Shown here piece by piece: positions 37,061-45,531 of a stretch of 64,000 nucleotides of DNA. The translations under genes and the position numbers were made by a program. Where the stretch lies: positions 1-64,000 of the IMG/VR virus record IMGVR_UViG_3300047557_003034; one strand, given 5' to 3'. This DNA is from a virus. The stretch's first letter is position 1, and each line of letters begins with the position of its first letter. The notes beneath the pieces were generated by a model. It searched no databases, was not told the origin of the DNA, and saw only the letters and a program-made list of their open reading frames with translations.

Positions 37061-37443
37061 CAAGAGCAGCTGGAGATTTGCTGACAAAAGGACCTAAATA
37101 TGCCATGTTCATAGGAAGATGGCAACCATGGCATGCTGGACATAGGTGGCTTATTGATCAAGCACTTAACAAAGGTAAAAATGTTCTCATCTGCATAAGA
37201 GATGTAGAACCTGATGATAAAAATCCTTGGACTGCAAAGCAGATACTTGACAATCTTGCAAACGAGCTTAAAGATTTGCTTTTAGAAGGCAGAGTAGTAC
37301 TGCTTGTGATTCCTGACATAGAGTCTGTCAACATAGGTAGAGGTGTTGGATATGATGTAATAGAACATACACCACCCGAAGAAATCAGACAGATATCAGC
37401 AACAGCAATCAGGGAAGAAATGAAAAAGGAAGGTAAACTGTGA
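37045..37443 (+). CDS. HxGH nucleotidyltransferase (cytidyltransferase-like; candidate minimal ATP sulfurylase)
   Basis: FIGRWQPWHAGH, NPW, GRGVGY and ISATAIR motifs. Confidence 0.7.
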   Translation: MEYYLARAAGDLLTKGPKYAMFIGRWQPWHAGHRWLIDQALNKGKNVLICIRDVEPDDKNPWTAKQILDNLANELKDLLLEGRVVLLVIPDIESVNIGRGVGYDVIEHTPPEEIRQISATAIREEMKKEGKL

Positions 37444-37652
37444 AGGTAACTGCAAAACGACATATAGCAAAAACAATCAGCTACCGTATTGTAAGTACGT
37501 TGATAGGGTTTTTGATAATGTGGTGGGCAACAGGAAGTGTGAAAGTGGGAGCGGCTTTTGGTGTAGCTGAACTGATCTATAAACCAGTTCAATACTACAT
37601 TCATGAGAGAGTTTGGTATAAATGGATAAAATTTGGATTAGTGAAAGAGTAG
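37440..37652 (+). CDS. DUF2061-like small membrane protein
   Basis: RHIAKTISYR...YYIHERVW. Confidence 0.75.
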   Translation: MKVTAKRHIAKTISYRIVSTLIGFLIMWWATGSVKVGAAFGVAELIYKPVQYYIHERVWYKWIKFGLVKE

Positions 37653-37671
37653 TTTTTCTGTAATCTCTTAA

Positions 37672-37679
37672 TATTTATA
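37672..37679 (+). promoter_or_regulatory. putative late promoter TATTTATA
   Basis: Intergenic motif. Confidence 0.6.
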
Positions 37680-37697
37680 TATAACAAAACAGCAATT

Positions 37698-37955
37698 ATG
37701 GGTCCATTTATCTTTATTCTTGCCGTTATCGTAGTAGTTACACTATTAGCAATCGGCGTTCAGAAGAACAAAAAGAAGCTTGCAGAAGAACACAAGCAAC
37801 ACGAACTACCGAATCCAATCGCACAAGTGCCTACACTTGAGCAACCAGGAGCCGGAGACGATGTTGCAGTAGAATGGCCAACTGCACAGCCAGTAGAAGC
37901 TCCACAAGAAAAGAAATTAGTAAGAAAGCCAAGAAAACCAAAAGCAGATAAATAA
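37698..37955 (+). CDS. small protein with N-terminal transmembrane helix
   Basis: Hydrophobic residues 4-21 followed by a basic stretch. Confidence 0.6.
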   Translation: MGPFIFILAVIVVVTLLAIGVQKNKKKLAEEHKQHELPNPIAQVPTLEQPGAGDDVAVEWPTAQPVEAPQEKKLVRKPRKPKADK

Positions 37956-38233
37956 TGAGTAATCAATTGACACCAGAAGAGTTGCAAGAGTTTCAGAGCT
38001 ATCGTACTGAAGTTAACAATCTAGCATCCGTATTAGGAGAGCTAACTTACCAAAAAACCTTGATTGATTTTGAACTTGATTCAGTGAAGGCAAACATCAA
38101 AGAGGTTGCACAAAAACAACGTGCACAGCTTCGTGAACTTGGAAACAAATACGGAAACGTACTAATCGATTTCGAGACAGGAAAACTCACACCCCAGGAG
38201 GTAGACAGCGAGCAATCAGAGTCACAAGAATAA
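37955..38233 (+). CDS. small coiled-coil hypothetical protein
   Basis: Heptad pattern, KYG..IDFETG; precedes the sheath gene. Confidence 0.6.
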   Translation: MSNQLTPEELQEFQSYRTEVNNLASVLGELTYQKTLIDFELDSVKANIKEVAQKQRAQLRELGNKYGNVLIDFETGKLTPQEVDSEQSESQE

Positions 38234-38257
38234 ATTTGCTTTTGCCACTTTACACTG

Positions 38258-38266
38258 CTATTTATT
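38258..38266 (+). promoter_or_regulatory. putative late promoter CTATTTATT
   Basis: Motif before the sheath gene. Confidence 0.7.
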
Positions 38267-38286
38267 AGTAGAAATAAACTATTAAG

Positions 38287-40407
38287 ATGGCAGAAGCATT
38301 AATAAGTCCTGGTGTTTTCCTAAGAGAAAACGACCTATCCCAGATAACAGTTGGACCAATTACGGTAGGATCAGCATTGATTGGTCCTACTGTTCTTGGT
38401 AGAGCTAATGTACCAACCCTAGTAACATCCTACTCTCAGTACAAAGCGAGATTTGGAGCTACCTTTATTTCAGGAGGTACCACTTACGAATATCTGACCT
38501 CTCAAGCTGCGTACAACTACTTTCAACAAGGTGGTACATCGCTCTTAGTAACAAGAGTCACTAGTGGTTCCTATACTCCAGCATCAGCTAGTGTATTAAA
38601 TAATCTAGGAAGCACAGCTGGTGCTGTGATTAACGACAACAGCGCATCTTTTCAAAACTACCCAGCAACTAATACATCAGCCTTTGAGTTGACTGGATCT
38701 GGATTAGCTAAGATATTCATCACATCTAGTACTTTTATAGGTAGTGACTCAGCTCCTAACTATTTTGTTGCTTCTGGTTCAAGTCAAGCACTTACATCAG
38801 CAGCTATAGTATCAAAAATTAACACCCTAACGTCTACGTTAGGAATTGTAGCAACACTGAGCGGCAATGCTTTCACACTAGCCGCTAACGTTCCAGGTAC
38901 TGCAGGAAATAGTTACATCTATAGAACTGGTTCCATTACCAGTACTTTTTCTGGTGGACTTGCTCAAACAGCTAGCTTCGAACTAGAAACTATATCCGTA
39001 GGTAACGCAATGAATAACAACTACAACTCAGCAGCAGGTGTAGCAGTTAACGGTGTACTTCAATCAGGTTCAGCTGATAACATTAGATGGCAGATTACAC
39101 AAGCTGATACAGCTTCTGGATACTTTACTCTTTTGATCAGGCAAGGTAACGATTACACAGCTAATCAAAGCGTACTTGAGACTTGGTCTAACATCTCTCT
39201 TGATCCAAACCAGAACAACTACATTGAGTATGTAATTGGTAACCAAACTTATCAAGTACTTACAGATGAATCTGGTCAAGCTTACTTGCAAGTTACTGGT
39301 AGCTATCCAAACGCGTCTAACTACGTTAGAGTTAAAGCAGTAAACTACCCAACACCAAACTATCTTAGCCCTACTGGTCAGGCACAACCTCAATACACTG
39401 CATCCATTCCTGTAAACGGAAGTGGATCTTACAATGGTTCGTTTGGTGGTGCAAGCGGTCCTTTATTTGGAGGTCTTGGTGTAGCAGCAGTTAACCTTTA
39501 CGAATCGATTCCAACAGTAACTTCTACAACTCCTGCAACCAACATTCAGGGTCTTGTAGCAGCAGATTACAACACAGCAATTAATCTACTTGCAAATACA
39601 GATGCATACGTCTACAACGCAATATATGCACCTGGTTTGACTAATCAGAATGCATCAACTCAAGTAAGTGCTCTACTAGCTACTGTGCAAAATCGTGGTG
39701 ATGCTATTGCAGTAGTAGACATGGTTGGATACAATCAAACAATCACAGCAGTATCAACTGCAGCACAATCTTACGATAACTCATACGGTGCAACTTACTG
39801 GCCTTGGGTTCAGCTAAGATCAACTGAGACTGGTAGACTTAATTTCGTTCCTGCATCAACAATTGTACCTGCAGTTTATGAGTACAATGATAAAGTAGCT
39901 GCTGAATGGTTTGCACCAGCAGGTTTAAATCGTGGTGGTCTTCCGACAGTAATTCAACCAGAAAGAAGGCTAACAGTAGCACAGAGAAACACACTCTATA
40001 CTGCTAAAGTAAACCCAATAGCAATATTCCCTGGTCAAGGTACAGTAATATACGGTCAGAAGACTCTACAAGCTAGAGCATCTGCTCTTGATCGTGTGAA
40101 TGTAAGGCGTCTTTTGATTGCTCTTAAGAGTTACATCGGTCAAATTGCACAAACACTCGTGTTCGAACAAAACACAGCTGTTACACGTAACAAGTTCTTG
40201 TCTCAAGTTAATCCATACCTTGAGTATGTACAACAAAGACAAGGTCTCTATGCATTCAGAGTAGTAATGGATGACACCAATAACACTCCAGATGTAATTG
40301 ATAGAAACTTGCTTGTAGGTGCTATTTACTTACAACCAACTAGGACTGCTGAATTTATTCAACTTGATTTCAACATCCTACCAACTGGTGTAACATTTGG
40401 ACAGTAA
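38287..40407 (+). CDS. tail sheath protein (gp18-like)
   Basis: SPGVFLRENDLS, YWPW, WFAPAGLNRG, VNPI, GQKTL, DRVNVRRL, DDTNNTPDVIDRN and PTRTAEFI motifs. Confidence 0.96.
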   Translation: MAEALISPGVFLRENDLSQITVGPITVGSALIGPTVLGRANVPTLVTSYSQYKARFGATFISGGTTYEYLTSQAAYNYFQQGGTSLLVTRVTSGSYTPASASVLNNLGSTAGAVINDNSASFQNYPATNTSAFELTGSGLAKIFITSSTFIGSDSAPNYFVASGSSQALTSAAIVSKINTLTSTLGIVATLSGNAFTLAANVPGTAGNSYIYRTGSITSTFSGGLAQTASFELETISVGNAMNNNYNSAAGVAVNGVLQSGSADNIRWQITQADTASGYFTLLIRQGNDYTANQSVLETWSNISLDPNQNNYIEYVIGNQTYQVLTDESGQAYLQVTGSYPNASNYVRVKAVNYPTPNYLSPTGQAQPQYTASIPVNGSGSYNGSFGGASGPLFGGLGVAAVNLYESIPTVTSTTPATNIQGLVAADYNTAINLLANTDAYVYNAIYAPGLTNQNASTQVSALLATVQNRGDAIAVVDMVGYNQTITAVSTAAQSYDNSYGATYWPWVQLRSTETGRLNFVPASTIVPAVYEYNDKVAAEWFAPAGLNRGGLPTVIQPERRLTVAQRNTLYTAKVNPIAIFPGQGTVIYGQKTLQARASALDRVNVRRLLIALKSYIGQIAQTLVFEQNTAVTRNKFLSQVNPYLEYVQQRQGLYAFRVVMDDTNNTPDVIDRNLLVGAIYLQPTRTAEFIQLDFNILPTGVTFGQ

Positions 40408-40418
40408 AATAAAAGATA

Positions 40419-41249
40419 ATGAATAAGAATACTATTATACGACTTCACATGCCTAAAAGCCTTCTCGAGTCTCTCACAAAGCAGATACTTGCAGAAGCTA
40501 AGAAAGGTGATATGTCAGGTGGTGCTTATACCGAAGCTGTTAAGATGCCTAAAGCCAAAAAGATAAAAGAGGAAGCTAGAAAAGGAGTGTTTGATAACTT
40601 TGAAGAATGGAAAAAATCCTTCCCTGGAGGTACTGAATTTCAAAGTAAAAATAACTACATGGTTGCCATGAAAGATGGCGAACAATTAGGCAAGTGGAAC
40701 CCAATTCAAAAACAGGGTATGCATGCTGACGACTTTCAGTATAAAAACCTCGAAGAGACTAGGGAAGGAGTTTTTAATAATTTTGAAGAATGGAAAAAAT
40801 CATTTCCTGGAGGCACCGAGTTTGAAAGTAAAAACAACTACATGGTTGCCATGAAAGATGGTAAGGAGCTAGGTAAATGGAATCCAATCCAGAAGCAGGG
40901 TATGCATACTGGTGACTTTCAATATAAAAACCTCGAAGAAACTGAGCATGGCGGAGAGTATAAAGTAGGAGACAAAGTGACATACCTTGGACATCCTGCT
41001 GAAATTACGAAGGTACACAAGGATGTCATGGGACGGACCCAATATAGCTTATACTACGACAAAGGAAACGGCAAAACTAAGGTATCCAATATCATGTCAA
41101 ATGACGACTCCATAAAGCCAGTAAAAGAAGTAGCTAAGAAGCAACATTCTCTAGAGGAGCTTATGAAAGTAAAAGAGAAGATAGAAAAGAAGATCATGGA
41201 GATGGAATCTTCTAGTAAAAAAGCTGATGACTCAAAACACATGAAGTAA
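40419..41249 (+). CDS. charged protein with tandem 61-aa duplication, probable protease-processed internal protein
   Basis: Repeat units end in LEET; many L/I-x-E sites; SH3/KOW-like YKVGDKV segment. Confidence 0.55.
   Translation: MNKNTIIRLHMPKSLLESLTKQILAEAKKGDMSGGAYTEAVKMPKAKKIKEEARKGVFDNFEEWKKSFPGGTEFQSKNNYMVAMKDGEQLGKWNPIQKQGMHADDFQYKNLEETREGVFNNFEEWKKSFPGGTEFESKNNYMVAMKDGKELGKWNPIQKQGMHTGDFQYKNLEETEHGGEYKVGDKVTYLGHPAEITKVHKDVMGRTQYSLYYDKGNGKTKVSNIMSNDDSIKPVKEVAKKQHSLEELMKVKEKIEKKIMEMESSSKKADDSKHMK
40578..40943 (+). repeat. 183-bp tandem duplication
   Basis: 40578-40760 and 40761-40943 encode nearly identical peptides. Confidence 0.92.
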
Positions 41250-41270
41250 GAGTGAAAAAGCTGTTATTGT

Positions 41271-41279
41271 CTATTTATA
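41271..41279 (+). promoter_or_regulatory. putative late promoter CTATTTATA
   Basis: Motif before the tube gene. Confidence 0.7.
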
Positions 41280-41301
41280 AAGGAAGAAAAACTACATAAA
41301 A

Positions 41302-41787
41302 ATGCCTGTACTCGATCCAAATGAAATTATGTTTACGGCCTTTGAACCAACAGTTCAAAACCGTTTCATAATGTATATTGATGGTATTCCATCATTCATG
41401 ATCAAAAGTGCCACTGCACCAAACGTAAACTTGAACGAGGTTAAACTTGACCACATCAACGTTTACCGTAAGATCAAAGGTAAAGCTGAGTGGCAGGACA
41501 TGACACTCAACCTTTATAACCCAATCTCTCCTTCTGGACAACAAGCTTGTATGGAATGGATTCGTTTATCACACGAATCTGTTACTGGACGTGATGGATA
41601 TTCAGACTTCTATAAGAAAGATCTGAATCTATCAATTCTAGGTCCGGTAGGTGATGTAGTATCAGAGTGGATAATCAAAGGAGCTTTTGTGAAGACTGCT
41701 AACTTTGGTCAGTACGATTGGTCCAATCAAGAAGCGATATCAATCGAACTTGGAATTGGAATGGATTATTGTATCCTCAACTACTAA
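41302..41787 (+). CDS. tail tube protein (gp19-like)
   Basis: FEP..QNRF, GKAEWQDMTL, MEW, YKKD, LGPVGDVVSEWIIKGAF motifs; near the sheath gene. Confidence 0.9.
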   Translation: MPVLDPNEIMFTAFEPTVQNRFIMYIDGIPSFMIKSATAPNVNLNEVKLDHINVYRKIKGKAEWQDMTLNLYNPISPSGQQACMEWIRLSHESVTGRDGYSDFYKKDLNLSILGPVGDVVSEWIIKGAFVKTANFGQYDWSNQEAISIELGIGMDYCILNY

Positions 41788-41810
41788 GACTTAACACATT
41801 ATATAAAAAT

Positions 41811-41835
41811 GCCCTTCCTATGGAAGGGTTTTTTA
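41811..41835 (+). terminator. rho-independent terminator after tube gene
   Basis: GCCCTTCC-tat-GGAAGGGT followed by a T run. Confidence 0.8.
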
Positions 41836-41844
41836 TTTTGTATA

Positions 41845-41852
41845 TATTTATA
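41845..41852 (+). promoter_or_regulatory. putative late promoter TATTTATA
   Basis: Motif before the chaperone gene. Confidence 0.6.
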
Positions 41853-41870
41853 AGTACAAACAAATAGATT

Positions 41871-42626
41871 ATGTCAGAAAAGTTTACGTTGCCAACAGAA
41901 ATCGTTACGCTACCTTCCGAAGGTTTAGTCTACGAATTAGAAAATCCGTTATCAGCGGGTACGGTAGAAATGAAGTATATGACAGCAAGAGAAGAGGATA
42001 TTTTAACAAATGTCAACTTATTACGTCAAGGTCTTGCTATTGAGAAGATGCTTCAATCACTCATAAAATCACCAATCAAGTACGAAGATTTACTACTAGG
42101 AGACAGAAACGGTCTTCTTATAGCAGCGAGAATCCTAGCCTACGGATCTCAGTACTCATTCTCGTACACAGAAGAAAACTCGGACATACCAGAACAGGTC
42201 ATGTTTGATCTACAGGAACTTAAGAACAAAGAGATTGATAGGAAGATATTCAACAACAAAAACGAATTCTTCTTCGAATTACCAGCCTCCAAGAACAAAG
42301 TAAGCTTCAAGCTGCTCACAGTTGGAGATGAAAAGAAGATTGAGCAAGAGATAAAAGGATTCAAGAAAGCTACAAACCTCACTGCAGGAGAGCTTACAAC
42401 AAGACTAAAGCACCAAATACTATCAGTAAATGGCGACTATGAGCAAAAGAGTGTAAGAGACTTTGTAGACAATTATCTACTTGCAAAAGATTCTAGTGCA
42501 CTTAGAAGTTACATGCTAACAGTCACACCCGACATAGATTTGCAAATTACTTTCACATTATCAAGTGGAAGGGAGGTCACAGAAAGTTTGCCACTAACGG
42601 CAGAGTTTTTTTTTCCCGGGACCTGA
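41871..42626 (+). CDS. tail assembly chaperone / baseplate hub assembly protein (gp26-like)
   Basis: LPSEG..Y, MTAREEDIL, DLLLGDR and terminal FFFP; between tube and tape measure. Confidence 0.75.
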   Translation: MSEKFTLPTEIVTLPSEGLVYELENPLSAGTVEMKYMTAREEDILTNVNLLRQGLAIEKMLQSLIKSPIKYEDLLLGDRNGLLIAARILAYGSQYSFSYTEENSDIPEQVMFDLQELKNKEIDRKIFNNKNEFFFELPASKNKVSFKLLTVGDEKKIEQEIKGFKKATNLTAGELTTRLKHQILSVNGDYEQKSVRDFVDNYLLAKDSSALRSYMLTVTPDIDLQITFTLSSGREVTESLPLTAEFFFPGT

Positions 42627-42891
42627 GTATAGAGCTGTCTACAAACGAGAGGTATTTGAACTGACGTATCACGGTGGTGGTGGATTTTCGTGGTCGGAGG
42701 TAATGGATATGCCTATCTCCGAGAGAAGACTCAATATAAAGTTTATCAACGAACACCTCAACAAAATGCAGGAAGTGCAAGAAAAGAACCGAATGGTTAC
42801 TGCAGATAAACCGCTTACAGCAAAGCCAGCAATAAAACCTCCCGTTGAACAGAAGCCAACTTATACATCGACAGTAAAACCTAGGAAATAG
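42607..42891 (+). CDS. +1-frame extension of the chaperone (gp51-like / lambda T-like part)
   Basis: +1 frame is open from 42598 to 42891 and encodes EVFELTYHGGGGFSWSEVMDMPISERRL; its first ATG (42703) falls inside that motif. Confidence 0.65.
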   Translation, partial: FFFPGPEYRAVYKREVFELTYHGGGGFSWSEVMDMPISERRLNIKFINEHLNKMQEVQEKNRMVTADKPLTAKPAIKPPVEQKPTYTSTVKPRK

Positions 42892-42900
42892 CTATTTATT
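42892..42900 (+). promoter_or_regulatory. putative late promoter CTATTTATT
   Basis: Motif before the tape measure gene. Confidence 0.7.
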
Positions 42901-42919
42901 TAGGTAACAACTAACTAAT

Positions 42920-45292
42920 ATGCCTCCTCCCCAAGGTCCAGGTAACATAACTGATCAAAGCTCGTTTAACATATCTGAAACAGACGTAAAACGTCTAGAA
43001 GCTCAGGAACTATCTCTACGTAATATACTGAAGCTCAAGAAAGAGATTAAGAAAGCTTCAAAGGAGCAAACAACAATCTACGACGAGCTAGCTAAGTTGA
43101 CTGGTCAAGAAGCGCAAAACTCACGAGCTTACAAAGCTTCAGTAGCGTTCACAACTCAACTCGAAAAGAATCTAGAACGAGCCAGAGCACAAGGTAATAC
43201 ACGTGCTGTACGCACAACTCAAAATCTAATAAAAGCTCAAAAAGCACAGCAGGACCTACTAGCAAAAACACTTGGTGGTAGTTTAAGAGCTCAAGAAGTT
43301 GAAGCAGCCAAGAGGAGAGTCATGCTTGAAAAGGAGAGAGATCTCATAAAAAACATCAACAAACAGAGATCAATAGGTCAGAAAATAGGATCACTTTTCA
43401 TGAGTGATCAAAAAAAACAGTTACAAATTGACATAGCTCGTGCACAAGCAGGAGGTGGTATAAATCAACCCCCTGGAGGTGACGGTGGTGGAGCCGGAGG
43501 TGGTGGCGGAGCTGGCGGTGGCGGTGGCACTGGAGGCGGTGGTGGAGGCCAAGGAGGCGGTGGTGGCAAAGGTAAAGGTGCTGTCGGTATTTTAGGTGCG
43601 TTAGCAGGTTTAGGTGTAGTTGGAGGTATTATAGCAGCTATAGGAATGGGTATTAGCAAGATAATGGCACCCATTAAAGCTCTAGGAAATGCACTAAAAG
43701 CAGGAGTAGTTGGATCTTTAGCACAAGCATCTGGCTTAGTAAGTGGTGGTATAGGTGGTGGATACGGAGTAGGAGGAGGTGCTGTATCGGGTGAAGGAGC
43801 TACAAGTATACTAGGCGGACTTCAAGACATAGCTAAATCAATTCCTTTCATAGGCGGACTTTTAGGTGGTCTGGTTGGAGCTTTGAAAGGTGTTGTCGAT
43901 CTTGTTTTAGGTGTAGATCAAGGCCTAACAAACTTCAGCAGAAACCTAGCCATATCAAAAGAGGATGCTAGAGGCTTAAAATTACAATTTGATGGCATAG
44001 CTGCTGCTAGTGGTAACATAGTTGTCAACTCGACAAGGTTGATGGAGTCGCAAGTTGAGATGGGTAAAGCACTTGGTATAACCAATACCCTAACAGAGAG
44101 TCAACTAGTTGCCAACGTAAAGCTAAAAGAGTTAGCAGGTCTTGAACTTGAAACTCGAAAGGAGTTACTAGCTACTAGCATAATAACAGGTCGCAACGAA
44201 GAAGAGCTTACAAAGAGCATACTTGGTCAAGTAAAGTCTTTCCAACTAGCAACTGGTATTGCATTTGATTACAAGCAAGTACTAGGAGAAGCTTCTAAAT
44301 TAGGTGGTGCACTTGGATTACAATTTGCTAAATATCCAGAGAAGATAGTTAAAGCTTTGATGTCAACGAAAGCTCTTGGATTTGAGCTTAAGAGTTTGGA
44401 TCAAACTGCAAACAGCTTCCTAGATTTTGAAAGCAGCATATCAAAGGAATTTGAAGCTCAGATCTTAACTGGAAAAGAGTTAAATTTAACCAAAGCAAGA
44501 GAAGCTGCTCTCAACAACGATCTAGTTACTTTAGCTGGTGAAATAAATAAAAACATAGGAGACTCAACTGCATACCTAAAACTTAATAGGATTCAACAGG
44601 ATTCTATTGCTGAGGCTGTTGGTATGACTAGGGATAGTTTAGCAGATGCACTTAAGCAGCAAGAGATGTTTCGGAGGATTGGTGCTAAAGATCTCAAACA
44701 AGCTCAAGAAAAGCTGAGAGTTTTACAGCAACAAGGTAAAACACAGGAAGAGATTACTAAGATGCTTGGTGAAGATGCTTACAACTACATTACACAAACA
44801 TCTACAGCAGAGAAGTTAGCTGAGTTGATGAATAAGATAAAAACTGTATTTGTGCAGTTTGTTGAAAACTCAGGACTACTCGACTTCATAACAAACCCAG
44901 CAAAGATAGAATCATTTGCAAGAGGATTACTTAACACTATTGCAGGAGCAGTATCGTTGATAGGTGACATAATTGCAACTGTTTTACGTGCAATAGGATC
45001 ACTACCCTTTACAGATAAAGCCAAGTTTGAGAACTTAGCTAATCAAGTTCAAGGTGGTTCATCAAATTTAGCAGGTAGTATTCAAGGTGTACAGACAAAT
45101 TTTGGACCAGCAGCAGCTTCAATAAGCGATACAGTAGCAAATGGTGCAACCTCAAAAGCACCAGCACCGGCAGCAGGTACTTCGGGTAAAGCTGCAAAAG
45201 GAGAAGAAAATTACCAAATCATCTACTTAACAATAGATGGTGAAGTGGTTGCAAAGAAAGTATTAATTAACGCAGCAAAAGTGCACCAATAA
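42920..45292 (+). CDS. tape measure protein
   Basis: Helical, Ala/Gly/Leu/Lys-rich with hydrophobic Gly segments; FLDFESSISKEFEA..LTGKELNL.KARE; follows the chaperone. Confidence 0.82.
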   Translation: MPPPQGPGNITDQSSFNISETDVKRLEAQELSLRNILKLKKEIKKASKEQTTIYDELAKLTGQEAQNSRAYKASVAFTTQLEKNLERARAQGNTRAVRTTQNLIKAQKAQQDLLAKTLGGSLRAQEVEAAKRRVMLEKERDLIKNINKQRSIGQKIGSLFMSDQKKQLQIDIARAQAGGGINQPPGGDGGGAGGGGGAGGGGGTGGGGGGQGGGGGKGKGAVGILGALAGLGVVGGIIAAIGMGISKIMAPIKALGNALKAGVVGSLAQASGLVSGGIGGGYGVGGGAVSGEGATSILGGLQDIAKSIPFIGGLLGGLVGALKGVVDLVLGVDQGLTNFSRNLAISKEDARGLKLQFDGIAAASGNIVVNSTRLMESQVEMGKALGITNTLTESQLVANVKLKELAGLELETRKELLATSIITGRNEEELTKSILGQVKSFQLATGIAFDYKQVLGEASKLGGALGLQFAKYPEKIVKALMSTKALGFELKSLDQTANSFLDFESSISKEFEAQILTGKELNLTKAREAALNNDLVTLAGEINKNIGDSTAYLKLNRIQQDSIAEAVGMTRDSLADALKQQEMFRRIGAKDLKQAQEKLRVLQQQGKTQEEITKMLGEDAYNYITQTSTAEKLAELMNKIKTVFVQFVENSGLLDFITNPAKIESFARGLLNTIAGAVSLIGDIIATVLRAIGSLPFTDKAKFENLANQVQGGSSNLAGSIQGVQTNFGPAAASISDTVANGATSKAPAPAAGTSGKAAKGEENYQIIYLTIDGEVVAKKVLINAAKVHQ

Positions 45293-45299
45293 TAGCAAC

Positions 45300-45530
45300 A
45301 TGGCAATAATACAACAAATCAAGAAATCAAACCTCAGCAAGCAGGGTTTTACTAATCCAACAGGAGTCTTTGAGGGAAAGCCTCAAAACGTAGCAGTTGT
45401 ACAAAGAGGATCGACAGTACCAAGAGCATCCTCTGTCATACCTGCTATTAGGAATCCAATAGATACAACTTATAATTTTCTCAATCAAGGCACCTATTTA
45501 GATTATTTGAAATCATCACCAAGACGATAA
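45300..45530 (+). CDS. small basic hypothetical (tail/baseplate region)
   Basis: Clean ORF, tightly spaced between neighbours. Confidence 0.55.
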   Translation: MAIIQQIKKSNLSKQGFTNPTGVFEGKPQNVAVVQRGSTVPRASSVIPAIRNPIDTTYNFLNQGTYLDYLKSSPRR

Positions 45531-45531
45531 C

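Noticed and set aside
42567-42580. GGGAGG as a frameshift-stimulating internal SD
   Set aside because: It lies about 30 nt from the T-run, too far for known stimulators, and the genome shows little SD use.
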